Source: Chrysomallon squamiferum (Eukaryota; Animalia; Mollusca). Taken from it: a DNA stretch of 64,000 nucleotides. Under the pieces are notes generated by a model that ran no database searches, had not been told where the DNA came from, and saw nothing but the letters and a program-made list of their open reading frames with translations. The stretch lies in the NCBI GenBank assembly GCA_012295275.1, contig CM022675.1:14818001-14882000 (forward strand), in the 5' to 3' direction. The number at the start of each line of letters is the position of its first letter. Positions within the stretch are counted from its first letter, which is position 1. Shown here in pieces: positions 1-13,797 of the stretch. A program made the position numbers and the translations under genes.

Positions 1-351
1 AATTATGAAAATGAGTCCATTGTAATTTTAATCTAATTCAATTAAAAAATAATTTTTTCCTGTATAAATTAGATGTAATTGGTAACAAATATGCAGAATT
101 ATCCCAGCAGATATGTGTGTTACTGGATTTCCCCTGTTTTCTCAGAATTAAAACAAATAAAAATAAATATATTATAACAGAAAAAATATCCAACAAACAC
201 AAAGCAGACTAAATATGTCTGATAACATTTATCTTCACCTATCACATTTTTACTAACATGCAGATGTTTTTTTTTGTTTTTTTTTGGTCAAATCTGCAGG
301 GGAAATGTTTTCTTCAATTTAATGTTGTTAACACCTTCCTATCCCCACCCC

Positions 352-645
352 ATATTCATACATATTGATAAATCTATCTACATAAATATATATCTATAAA
401 TATATGATTTTATACATCAACACACACACATTCATACATATCGATAAATATATAGATATCTGTAAATATATGAATCTATACATCAACACACACACACACA
501 TTCATACATCTCAATAAATATATCTACATGTATTTCTGTATAAATATATGTATCTATATATCAATACACACACAAGACACACACACACACATTTAAACAT
601 ATCTATAAATATATCTATATCTGCTATATATCAACAAACACACAT
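352..645. repeat. Degenerate tandem repeat (about 65-75 bp units, CATTCATACATAT...ATAAATATAT...CATCAACACACAC), intronic
   Basis: 4-5 diverged copies visible by eye, each ending in a (CA)n tract. Confidence 0.6.
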
Positions 646-2457
646 TAAATGTTTAATATAGTAATTACATTAAAAATTTAAACACTCCACTCTAGCTTTC
701 TCTAATCTTATGTTAACCTAACCCAGTTTCAGGTGTCAAAAGGTGCTGGCACCATTAACTTCCCTGAAACTATTTCTGTCGAAGCCTCTCTACCAAAGTA
801 AGATAAAAGTTTTCTAAAAATGAAACAGCCATATGGTAATCCTAGCAGGCAATTATCAAGGGCCAGACATCACAGATAAACTGTGTAGGTATGAAAATGC
901 TTCCAGAAGAAAGAAACAGTTGTATTTTCAGCTCACACAAACACAGAAATAGCAAAACCCAGAATAATTTAACACAGATTATGGAAGTAAATAACTGAGA
1001 CAAAATTAAAATGATACTGCTGTCCCTCTCAAACAATTGGAAACAGGCAACGTTCTTGAGTTCTGGTCTTAGTGGGCATTACATGGTTGTCTGAACAATG
1101 AATAGATGAATATGACAAAAGAAAAGGGTAGGAAGGAAAGGAGAAAAGGAGAGAGGCAGAGAAGTAAGGACAGATGGATGGAGTGAAAGAGGAATGAGAA
1201 ATGGATGTTTGGAACAATGTTTAACAATATCTTAACACATTTTAATAATAATAGAAAGTATCAGACATTTTTTAGTGCTGAGATGTAACAAAACTTCTTT
1301 ATCAGGTACTACCCAACCATGAGCAGGACAGCACATACCACAGCCTTTGCAAAACCAATTAGGTAGGTGGAATAGCATACACCCCAATAAAATTAATGTA
1401 AAGAATGATCTTAGAAGAATGGCTTGATGAAAAATAGAGACTGTGTTTAGTTAGTTTTCATTAAAATAAAGAAAGTTTCAGCAAAGTACATACCATTTGT
1501 TTTAATGCCTTTCTTTTTAACAATTATTTTTCCCTTCATAGTGAACATTCTTTTCCTTTTCCCTTCACAACAATCATTATTAATTTTGTTACTTTTTAAA
1601 TGATTCTAACTTATGTGCATATAAAGACTGAAAAAAACCAATTTTACATTGCTAAAAATTTAACATACTGTTAAAACAATCAACTTTTATCAATTCCAAA
1701 AAAAAAAAAAAAAAAAAAAAAAATTCCTTAGAATACATTTCTATGTACCAGCCAATGCAATCAGAGAGACTATTTCCCTAAGCTTTTCTCTGAATAATCT
1801 AAGACATCACCTCAATAATCAATCACACTTCAACGTCCTTCATGATAATAAAATGGCTTCTTCTCCTTTCAGTGGCTTATAACTTGACCAAGGTTATCAG
1901 AAAGTAATGCTGCAACAATGATACCCACAGTAAGGCATGTTTTATGCACTGACCAGTCATAATACATGCAAGAAAACTGATGCCCACAGCAAGACCAGTT
2001 TTTTATGACCAAGTCATTATAAAGTAACAGAAAATATGTAACTACTCTGTTTTCAAAAGCAAGGCTAATTTTATCTGCATTAATTATTTTTTTGTGAGTG
2101 TCATTCAGAATAGTTGTAAATTAAATAACTGTAATTCAATAAGAATCTGAAGAAGTGAGATACAAAGAAGGGTATAACAGAGAGATAAACAGAGATTATG
2201 AAAAACAAAAGCAAGAAAGTGATAGACAGACAGAGGGAAAGACAGGTTAGCTTTAATCTACTGAAAGCATTTGATATAATATCCAAAAATAAATAAATGT
2301 GATAGCAAAAGAAATATGTCAAAGAAAAAAGTCACAGAGATCTGCAAACAGCATCCTTTAGTAATAATAAACATTTTACAATGAGAAATAAAATACAATA
2401 TACACCAGTATAACCAATATGCCATTGTTTTGTTTATCTTGTTTCATTATGACTTAC

Positions 2458-2592
2458 ATAGATGAGATCTTTTTCAAATCGTATCTGAAGATTTTTTATG
2501 AAGTCATCCTCAGTGACTGGATAGAGGAGGACAACGTCGCTGACACCAACACTGTTCTCAAGTATAGCCACCGTTCCCTGGTGCAACGCCAT
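2458..2592 (-). CDS. Unconventional class I myosin (Myo1a/1b-like), first coding exon; gene continues beyond the left edge
   Basis: Minus strand reads MALHQGTVAILENSVGVSDVVLLYPVTEDDFIKNLQIRFEKDLIY. This matches the myosin-I head start (GVxDxVLL...F..NL..RF...IY, followed by TYIG). Acceptor ttattgccag before 2604, donor gtaagt after 2458, 135 nt in phase 0. Not in the ORF track. Confidence 0.85.
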
Positions 2593-5303
2593 CACTGATT
2601 CTCACTGGCAATAAATAAAGAATGGTCACATTAAATAAAGTGAATTTCAATATCACTAATACACACAGAAAAAGAAAAATCTTTGATAGGTATAAAGAGA
2701 GAGACGTTTAAATATATTGTAAGATAATACATGTGTGTGATTATATTTAAAACAGAAACTAGAAAACAAAGAGACAAAGAGAAAAATCAGAAACAGAATT
2801 AGTGAAGGACAGTGAGAAAGACTAAAAAGTAAGATGAGAGAGAGAGAGAAAGAGAGAGAAAACAAATAGGTTGACATACAGGAAATGTGGGTAAAACATC
2901 ATTAACAAAGTGCAAATTAAAACCACACTGGGAACATGTCCAGGTGTACATAGCTCTATCAACATGAAAACAGAAATTCTAACATCATTATCAGCTGAAA
3001 CAATCTGCATTTCAGAAGGAATCTTCTATCAGATTTTTTCTTGGGATATACATTACTGTTTCCTGTCACTGTTGGGAAACATCTGTCCCAACAAACTCCA
3101 TTTGTGCCAAATTAAAATCAACACAGGCTGAAGGAAAGCAGGAATGTTTTAGTACCCTTTTCATCATCATGTTATTTAGCTTCACTGAGGCTTCAAAACT
3201 GTATTCTGTTGAAAACAGCTGAGTAGCATGTGTAGAAAAACAGTGACTGCCATTAACTTAATGATATCATGGGCACATAAGTAAGGTATGACTAGAGAAT
3301 TTTGTTCCAGTAGCATTACTTTTCCTATTCCAATAAGATGACAAATGATTTATAGCCATATTTTTTTATCTTGGAAATCTGACATATGATGACATATGCA
3401 AACTGTGTAGGTTAATACAATCCAGCAACAAGAAGTTTTTTTTATATATACAACACTTAATCTTAATAAAAGATTTTATATCAACTGTACAAAATGCTTC
3501 TGAAGAAGCAAGCAGAACTTTAACAAACATTCTTTTATATATTAATAGTAATTATGTGATTTTGTGAAACAGTAGGAAACAGGAATAATGTAAAACACTA
3601 GTCTTTTCTTTCTGATCAGTAGCAAGGAATCTTTTATCTTCAGAAACAGTACATCATGGCAAAATGTTAATAATGGAAACACTTTCTAACAGACAGAATA
3701 CTAAGCCATTCTATAAACTGTTATTTTTTATGTGGTGAAGAAAAACAAAATTAACCTTTGTTATTTTTGAGGTCATATGGAATAATTCAATTTCTTTAAC
3801 ACTGTTTTAGTTTTTAGAAAGTGTGGGTAATTATAGTTTGAATTTTATGTGCTGCTAGTTCACTATTTCCATTCCTTGTGATTTACATCTGTCTGTACTT
3901 AAGACCACAACAAAAACGTTAGGAGAGAAAAGCTAAATAAAGCATGGGTAATATTTCATAAACAAAGATACATAAGTAAATTTTGAATAACATCATTTAC
4001 ATCAGTCGGGCAGAAGTAATGTGACTGTCTGTGTGTTTGTAAATACACATATAAAACTTTTGATATTTGTTTTCACTCAGATGTATTCGTAGAGTTGCCC
4101 TGATTAACATGGCATTAAATCATAACAACAGTATTAAACAATAACAAATTGGAAATGAAAAGACAGCTATTTCTTCTATACATGCTACATTAAAAACCAA
4201 TAATAATACTAATAATAAAATAAATAAGCCAAAAAAAAAAAAAAAAAAATAAAAAATAAATTGATAATAATTATAAAAAATGATAATAATACTAAATAAA
4301 GTAATAAATTAATAAATGCTTAATAATAACAATATGGGAAAAGTTTAAGTTGAGGTTTCCTCATACGGGCGTGAACTTCCTGCATGTTTTAGTTCCAGCA
4401 CTGTCAAGTCTCTGAAGTGTGGGGAAATATTTTGAGCTCCCAGCAACACACAAGTTTAAATGTCAGTGTGTATTTCACTGGAAGATGTCAGTTGAGCTGA
4501 CCATCTATAAGACATGTGCAAACACATTTCCAGTTTGTGTTTGGATCTACATACAAACAGAAATGTAAAACATGACTTAGACAACAACAGACATCTGAAA
4601 AAAGTCATTAATAAATTAACTGTGTTTATCTGTGGTTTGAACTTCGACCTATATTTTACTTTTTTTAAATAGTGTACTACATAACATGAAACATAAATAT
4701 GTATACACACACATATATAACTTATGAATGTATATACAAATACAAATGATTATAAATGTTCAAACATACATTTTTGAATAGACCTGTAACTACCTATCTG
4801 AACAAATACACATATACAGGATGGTATGTAAGTAACTGAGCAGTTATGCTCTTTATATGACAGAAAGACAGACATGCAGACTGTTTATAAAGCAATTATG
4901 ACTATAAATGACAATTAATCATGGAGAAAAATGACAGACACATACTGACAGCTGGACAGACATGAATACAATTCATGAAGATGTACAGACATATACATGT
5001 AACTTCATAACCTTACTCTATCCTTTCAAAACACTGGTACAAGAAGTAGGTGTATACCAACACACAACACTTTGTTATTTTCTACACTTGTGGTAGACTG
5101 TTCAAGATAAAATCTATTATGCTTTTATCAAGTTATGGCTACTACAGAGGAAATATTTTCTGCTATTAAGTAAATCAGTAGTAGCTGTAGAGGAAAAAAT
5201 TAATTTGTAAACAGCAATAAGTTTAATTAAAAAGTAATATCTGTAACAAAAACTAATTTCTTAATATAGTCTGCTAGTATGTAGCCTGAGCAAATGTGTA
5301 GCC

Positions 5304-5358
<55 letters not shown>

Positions 5359-5781
5359 GCACTAAATATGAACAAATAATAAATGTCTCCTTTTCACACT
5401 TTTATTATACATATCTAAAATTTTATATTTCTCTTTCTATACATAGACTTAATAAAACTGAAATATCAAAGTCCCTATATCACTTACACATACACACTGA
5501 CACATTACACATTCACGCTTTTGTAAAGCAAAATATATGTAAATAAAGCATACACTGTACAGACCTTTGAAGTAACAGATTTATGGTGTGGTTACTGGTC
5601 CATGGCATGTAATAACTAGTCAGACTATCATAACTAATTAACACACACACTCTCTCGATCTCTCTCTTAATCTCACATGAACAAAACACAATTTCTGTAG
5701 TAGAAGTGATAAAATATAACATGAATTTTGACATTTTTATCTATATTGAATATTCTCCAAATACACAAACTATACTTTTCC

Positions 5782-5824
<43 letters not shown>

Positions 5825-5891
5825 GTAATAACTGAAATTGCAAAAGAATAAGATAAAGAAGTAAACCTTACAACTGGTATTTTTATCATTG

Positions 5892-5895
<4 letters not shown>

Positions 5896-5985
<90 letters not shown>
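5896..5985. repeat. (GA)n microsatellite; similar tracts at 10469-10546, 21325-21383 and 26460-26524
   Basis: Direct reading. These tracts produce the RERERE / SLSLSL ORFs. Confidence 0.95.
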
Positions 5986-5989
<4 letters not shown>

Positions 5990-6105
5990 TTCTGGATCTT
6001 TAACAAAAACATTGTTAATAAAGATTATAAACATGCGATCGTATTTAAACATTTGTATTCATGTAAAACAAAAGACAAAGACTTGAGTGAAAAAGCTTAA
6101 CGTAC

Positions 6106-6560
6106 CAAAAAATACGATATTCCGTGCTGGATGCTTCATCGATCGATAACTACCACATGTTTAAGTTAACAAAGAGACATGCACTTCGTTTCTTTCTTTT
6201 TTTCTTTCTTACAGTTTAATAGTCTAACCTTCAACGTTTGGCAGTTTACACACGCATTTATCAGCCGCTTTCAAAAGAACAAAGTTTGTAGTTCTTTTAT
6301 TGCCGGCTATTATAACGAACTGGGCCGTGAAGCGCAAACCATCGTGTGACTTTGTAATTGACAAGTACCCGATCCCTGTGTAATAGAGAGCAAGAAAAAA
6401 AGAACTACGGCTTATGAATATCTGTATCATTGTATGACGCTTACCTGTTGTGCGTAATACACAGTTGTAGCTGTTCAAATATGAACTACCAATTTATAAA
6501 ATCCATTTTATCAGCGAAGTGACGCCATTAGGAACAAAATTATTTATCCGATTTATCGAA
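6106..6560 (-). other. Probable non-coding first exon (5' UTR) of the myosin-I gene
   Basis: CpG-containing stretch ending in a minus-strand donor TTTG|gtacgt at 6105. The upstream boundary is approximate. Confidence 0.4.
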
Positions 6561-6930
6561 GACAGAAAATGTTCCAAACTGAACGTTATCTTTTGGAGTA
6601 TCGTAGTCACGAACTCTACAGATCTTTACTACGCATGCGTAGCACTGTTTTCTTTGACTGTTGAATGCAATCAGGAACGATGAATGGAACTTGTTCACTT
6701 GTCCTTGTGTGTTAAATGCGACCTAGTGAAAACGGTATTTGATATGCACGTTTTATGTTGGTAGCGCGTCTACTCGTGTGCCGATTCAAAGCACACGGGT
6801 GGATGATAATTAAAAAAATAAAAATAAAAAATAAAAAATAAACAGTTTTTCCAATGATGCGTAGCGCCCAAGACGTTACGTCTTACCCACAGGTAATATT
6901 TACGTCACGCAGGTACAATGACGTCAGGGA
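6560..6930. promoter_or_regulatory. Putative bidirectional promoter (myosin-I / C1GALT1-like)
   Basis: Local CpG enrichment. Palindrome CTACGCATGCGTAG (about 6629-6642, NRF1-like core GCATGC), full CRE TGACGTCA at 6919-6926 and TTACGTCA near 6900. Plus-strand donor CAG|gtaata at about 6892. Confidence 0.45.
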
Positions 6931-6989
6931 ATTTGAAACCTATTCTGTCTTAAATTGAAACCTGTTGGCATTTCTTTCTTTCTTTCATT

Positions 6990-7022
<33 letters not shown>

Positions 7023-8143
7023 TGATTTCATAATTCGGCAACTGAAACATATTAAAATAGCTGTTTAATACATGCATACATATTTACATATAGGTAAAAA
7101 CATCATTTTGTATACATTATTATCCAGTGTTCAATGTCAAATACTGTGGTATGTACTTCCCTGTCAATGCAAAAGTATATATTATAATTAAAGTAAATGA
7201 ACCCTGATAATAATAATAATAATAATAATAATAATATTAAAATCGCCTCCCATATAATAACCGTTAAACAAATATTCAATCGATATAATAATAATAATAA
7301 ATGTGGATAAACGAAAACCTAGTAATATATATATATATATATATATATAGGGATATTGAAACAAAAACCCGTTCAGAAGAAAAATCAAACAAAATCCCAC
7401 ATTAATTGGAAGACTAATGGACTGACAAAAGTATAGAAAGTTAGAAAAGCTAAACATTATGAATTACAAAAGCCACTGGATTTTGAAATGGAAAATTTTA
7501 CTATAGTCATCCTTAATATTAGGCCTATAAATATAACTTAACATAACATATCCGGCTTTCCTTTGCTTAGAATAAAACAGCAGAATATTCACATGACAAC
7601 ATATAATATATATCAGTTCGTATCAGTATAAAACCTTCTTCGTGTCTATCTCAGCTTTACCCCTCTCTATCAGTCGGTTCTAGGTATATTCCTTGAGGTG
7701 GTCGTTAAAGAAAAATCGTATTAAAAATGGAATATATAAATGTGTATATTTGTGTGTATGTGTTTGTGTAAGCACGTGTATGTATGTGCAAGACCACTGA
7801 TGCTAACCGATAGCATTAAAGTGTTTGACCATTACATAAAAACCTGCTTGACATCCACCATCATACAAGAATGTTATCGAGTATTATTCATTATAAACTG
7901 TGGTTTCCACGTCGTCTGAATAGTTCTTACGAATGTTTTCCTCGTTTATCTTCGAATCTTTGCCAGTGTATTAATGTTTTGTTATCTGCACAAACATACT
8001 GATGGATAGTCGAATATACATTGCTGCAGTTACTCGATTTTCGATTGTACAAAAGAGGATCCATTCTTTTTAGATCTTTTCTATCAGCTGTTTGTGGGAC
8101 TCAGCCAATCTAAACTTACTGCTTCGAGGAGAGGTATTTTCTT

Positions 8144-8197
<54 letters not shown>

Positions 8198-9016
8198 CCT
8201 AATCACATGAAATGTGCAACAAAAATCTAACTTACTATGTTATGCAGAATTCTAGATATTGCTGGTTTCAATAAATGTTTACTTTAATAAAATGTATTTA
8301 AATTGCGTTTCGCCTTCGTGGCAGATTTTAGTAAACCGAACTTGTACTCAAAACTTCATATGATTTGTATATTTTTTATTCACATTATTTTTGTTTTGTG
8401 TTTTGTGTTCATCGATTACTTTAAATAGGATAAATTGTATACATTGACTAGCCATTTTTGAACGCCAGCGTTGAACTGCTTTACAAAGAAAATCGGAAAT
8501 AATGAGATACTCGAGCTAATCCATAGTATATGGTGAGTATTGTATATGTACCACAATTCACAATTGCATTAAATATCATGTAAATATCAGTAATATTTCT
8601 CTTTCTGTTTTAGCTGTATAATTTTGTTTTGTTTACTTTTGTATGTTTTTGGATCACAACTAATTAGCTTTCATTCTATCGGCTGCTTTTGGTAAACACG
8701 GTATTATAATTTGTGGATTCGTTTTACATACGGACAGGGATTTACAATAATAATTATACCAGTAAAGGCGCACTCAGCAGTCAATATGGTGCTGTTGTTG
8801 TTGTGTTTCGTGATAGCTGGTGTAGTGTGTACATTAGTGTATTTATCTCTATGCATGTAATGTCTGTCTGTTTTGTGTTTATGTTATGAATGGCTTTGTA
8901 AGGTGCATTCATGCAGGATATAAATATATTTAAAAAAAAAATGAGAATGTCTACATATTTATTTACTTTTAATTTTTAAAATTAATTATTTTTATTTTTT
9001 ATTCAGATCATGAAAT

Positions 9017-9817
9017 ATGTTTGATAAAGAAAACATTCCTATCAGTATACGAAGACGTCTTCTTAATTATAGTGAGTGATCTTTAATTGCAAAATTAAGT
9101 AAATAGTTAGAATGTATTGTGTAAAAGAGGGTTATTATTATTATTATTATAATGTGACAGACATGATGCCCTCTGGCTTGAGAATGTGCCTGTCATTAAC
9201 ATGTTTTACAACAACTCGCTCTGATTAGCACATATAATTATTTTTTGTCTGTTTGTCTGTTATTAATATTATTATTATTATTTATAAGTTGTAGTAATTG
9301 TTATAGTATTTATGTAGTAGTAGCCCTAATAGTGTAGTCATAGTAGCAGTGATAGTGGCAGTAAGAGTAGTAATAGTTTTAGTAGTAGTAGTAGTGGTAG
9401 TAGCAGGGGGAGATCTATTATATAACTAATAAAGCTTAAAAATCAGGACCCCTCCTAATACAGGAGGAGCCACCCAGAAACTACTTTAGTCCACACAGCT
9501 TCAAAATTTTAATCCAAATCTGAGATACCATGTGTAAATTTAAAAAAAAAATTATATTGAATTGTCTTGGAACAAGTCCACTGAAGAAGAAAACAGAGGT
9601 TACCCAGACCTCATTGTGCTTGCAGAAGGTCCACTAACAGTTCAAGCTTCACGACCCTCACAAAAGTAGGTCTGCCACTGAGTTGTAGTAATAATATTAT
9701 TAATTTATTATTTATCACTAAATATCAAACCATTCTGGTAACAGCATATATATCTTTATTTTTGTAATTTAATTTTAAAAAGTGTGGAGAAAACAGAATA
9801 ATAATAACAATAACAAT

Positions 9818-9849
<32 letters not shown>

Positions 9850-10464
9850 CAGTAGTAGTAGTAGTAGTAGTAGTAGTAATAATAATAATAATAATTTATT
9901 ATTCATCACTGGATTCCAGCACTTTCTAATAAGAGCATATATATATAGATATCTATATTGTTATTCATTACATATTTTTCTTAAATGGCCAGCATTCAAC
10001 AAAATAAAAAAAATAAAAAAATAAATAAATGAATAAATAAATACAATTCTTTAAAAATTATAATAATAAAAATAAAATTTAGATGCATTTAAATTTTATT
10101 CAGAATATAAAAGAAAAATTAATATATAATTATTATTTTTGTTGTTTACAGGTTTTCATCGATTTTTGAAACAATTTGTACCATTTATATTAGCAGTACT
10201 GGTCCTTATCATGATTTTTTATGGTAAATTGCTTTTCTTGTTCAATATCAGCATTTTATTTATTTATTTAAACAAGTAGCTATCATGATAATTTTAAAAT
10301 CTACTTTTTGTAAACCTTTATTTTTTTGATCTTATGGTACTGTATTTGATAAATGTATAAATAATAATTAAAAATTAAACCATTCTGAAGAAAAAAATTG
10401 TGAAAGATTAATAATTGATAACAGTTGTTTCCCTTGCATAAGGAAAATATTTTTTGTGGTTTTA

Positions 10465-10549
<85 letters not shown>

Positions 10550-11323
10550 GGTGTTATTAAACAAATTAATAATGAACACATCTATAATTTTTTATTTTCA
10601 TATTTATTTTATTTCATTTTGTTTGTTTTAGAAGTATCATCATTTGTTGGACATTCAGGTGAGCAGTTGCATGGCCCTGTTTACAACTACAGTAAAATCA
10701 GCTGGGCTGAGATCTCTGACATAAAAGGTATGTTTTATAACCTTTATAGTACACTCACACGATATATGTCAACATATATTTATAAACATAAACAAATTTG
10801 ATAATAAAAGTAACAATAAATTAATATTCAAAATCATTTGAGTAGTAGTAGTAGTAGTAATAGTAGTGGTAATGGTAGAATTATTAGTAGTATTAGCAGT
10901 AGAAGAAGTAACAGTATACTAGTAATAGCAGTACTAATAGTAACAGAAGTAGTAGTAGTAATAATAATAATAATAAAAACTCACAAATATTCATTGTCTT
11001 CATTATTTTAAAACTGTATAAAACCAGTTTTATGATGTACACACAGTTCATACATCAGCTGATAGACCTTTATGTATTGTATTTATCACAACTTTTTATA
11101 TTAAAGAAAATTATTAACATAATTCAGGGGAATCAGAATTTTCTACATTGTAACTGAATAAGAAACAAAAGAAATAAATACAATTTTTTATATCAATGCA
11201 AGACATGTTACACTTTTGTTATGCAAGTAAATTGAATGATACTAACAATTTTATTTAATAAAATGTAATACATTCTGTAATATGTGAAAATACATTGTAT
11301 AATAATAATGATAATAATAATAA

Positions 11324-11354
<31 letters not shown>

Positions 11355-12926
11355 AAGAAGAAGAAAGAAAGAAAAAGAAATATATAGAATTGATTTTTTA
11401 TAGATGGTTTTTTTCTTCAGATAATGTCAATGACAAACATACACAAATATCTGTTACCATTTTAAAATTTTATTTATAATATTTGTTTTATTTATTATTA
11501 CAGTATTTGTTACTGACTCAGTTGCAAGATCGTTGAAAGAGAAAATAAAAATTCTTTGCCTAGTACCGACAGTTCAAAGACATCAAGAATCCCGAGCTTT
11601 GGCTGTTAATTTAACATGGGGAACCCGCTGCAGTCAGATTGTGTTTGTATCCACCCAGCCATTGATGGGTCTGCCCCACATCATTCTGAATGTCCCCAGA
11701 GGCAAGGACCACCTCACAGCCAAAACCATTTCCATGTTTGACTATGCCTACCAAAGATACATCAATGACTTTGACTGGTTTCTCAAAGCAGATGATGATA
11801 CTTTTATTGTTATTGAAAATTTAAGATTTCTTCTGATGCAGCTCAATCCGAAAACACCATCCTATCTTGGGTTTCACTTCAGACAGATTGTAAAACAGGG
11901 ATACATGTCTGGTGGTGCTGGCTACGTCATCAGTCAAGAAGCGCTGAGAATGCTGGGAAGGAAAGGTTTACGAGATTCAAATATCTGCAGACAGGATGGG
12001 TGGGGAGAAGATGTAGATTTTGGCCAGTGTCTGGAAAACAGAGGTGTTCTTCCATATAACACAGTGGATGTATTAGGCAGGGATACATTTTTGCCTTTAA
12101 AACTGTCACTGCATCTTGTAGGTCCAATTCCATTCAGAAAAGAATTTGAGAAACAAACCAAGAAAATTGCCAAAATTGTAAGTGTTTTCTTGAAATTTAT
12201 TTTAATTTCCAGTTTTCTGATGTCTAATCAGACAATATGAACAATAATTTAAAATTTTTATTTGAGGAAAGTATCCATTACTGACATCAACTGACTGAAT
12301 TGTGTTGGTTAATTATTTTCAAAATATGTATGTTCACTTTTGGTCTATATGATAAAAAGTTAAAAAAAAAAAAAAAAAAAAAAAATATGAAAAACAACAA
12401 AAAAATATTAAAGTATATTTTGCAGTATCTAAGCCTTTTTACATTTATTTATTTTAATTTATTTTAATTTAAAAAAAAAAAATTTGTCGTTAACTCCTGT
12501 TGTAATTATTTAACTCTAAATATTCATTTTGATGGGTCATCAACATAGATTCATTTATATTAACTCTTTGACTTTAAGTGTACATTTAGTCCAAAAGTTA
12601 GATGTATTTACTTTTATATACACTTATAGGTTTATATTCATCCGCCCCCAGAAACTTCATATTATTTTAACCCAGCATTTACATATTTATTTAATGACTT
12701 ACATATTTATTTAACATCTCATTGATATATTTAAAATATCATTTACATATTTGTTTTACAGGGACCTGCTTGCTGTAGTCAGTTAACAATTTCATTTCAT
12801 CAAGTGAGTCCAGACGAGATGTATCAAATCGAGTTTCTTCTCTACAGAATGACCGTGTACGGTCGAAATGTTGGCCAGTCTGTGTTCAACAACTTTATAA
12901 AACCAGAACCAATTATTACTGAATAG
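9017..12926 (+). CDS. C1GALT1: Glycoprotein-N-acetylgalactosamine 3-beta-galactosyltransferase 1-like (core 1 / T-synthase, GT31), about 353 aa
   Basis: Phase-consistent exons 9017-9071, 10152-10223, 10632-10727, 11504-12177, 12762-12926. Type II membrane anchor FVPFILAVLVLIMIFY. Motifs TWGxRC, DWFLKADDDTF (DxD), GYMSGGAGYVIS, EDVDFGQCL and CCSQLTISFH. Confidence 0.9.
9404..9680. mobile_element. Short non-autonomous DNA transposon (MITE) in a C1GALT1 intron
   Basis: Imperfect terminal inverted repeats CAGGGGGAGATCTA ... TAGGTCTGCCACTG, inserted in a (GTA)n tract with similar 8-bp flanks (ggtagtag / agttgtag). The interior is GC-richer than the surrounding intron. Confidence 0.55.
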
Positions 12927-13797
12927 TAGCAGCAGCAACACATTGATATTGATGATAATAAAATAAATAACAATATACATGTAATTACAATAACAAAACA
13001 ATAACAACAGCAATAATAATAATAAAAAACAAAATAATAACAGTAATAATAATCATAATAAAAGAAGAACAATTACAACAAAAAGAATAATAATAATTAT
13101 AATTAATGATGATCAGTTGTAATAATAATCATTATTGTAATAATCTCTAGAAAACCTAATAAACAAAATAAAGATAAGGATGATTATATTTTAATATTTG
13201 TATATGGATGAATGTGTGCTAATGTATCAGTGTGTGTATATGCATAAATGTGTATGTGTTTGTGAATGTATATTAATGTGTTGATATATGTACGTATTTG
13301 AGTTGGTATGTTAATAATTTATGATCATCTATGTCATACACTGAAACCAATTAGAATAAAACAATAAGTTTTTTGTTTTTTTAAATCTGCTTATTATTAT
13401 TATTATTATTTAAAAATAATTTCTTGTAAACAAAACAGACATCCAGCTTGACTGATGATGTTTAATCTATTAATTTTTTTCTGTTTCTCTTTTTTTTTTT
13501 TTTTTTTTAATGTCATTTCAACATAACTGTATATCACAAACATTTTAGCAAATGGTTATTTTCTGTACCCTCGAATATTTCATTTTCATTATACATTTTT
13601 TGTTTGTTTCATGCATTGAAAATTCATCAAGTCCTCAAAGTAAATAAATAAAATCAAGAAATCAGTGAAACATAAAAAGATTAAAAAATAATTAAATAGA
13701 TTAAATAAGTTAAAAGGGCATCAGAAACAAACAATTATAGACTGTTGTTAAACTGAGTTCAAGAGTGTTGACTTGTGAAACATTCACTTGTTATAAA

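Noticed and set aside
5770-6086. SLSLSL / RERERE ORFs (also 10301-10631 and 26368-26682)
   Set aside because: Translations of (GA)n microsatellites.
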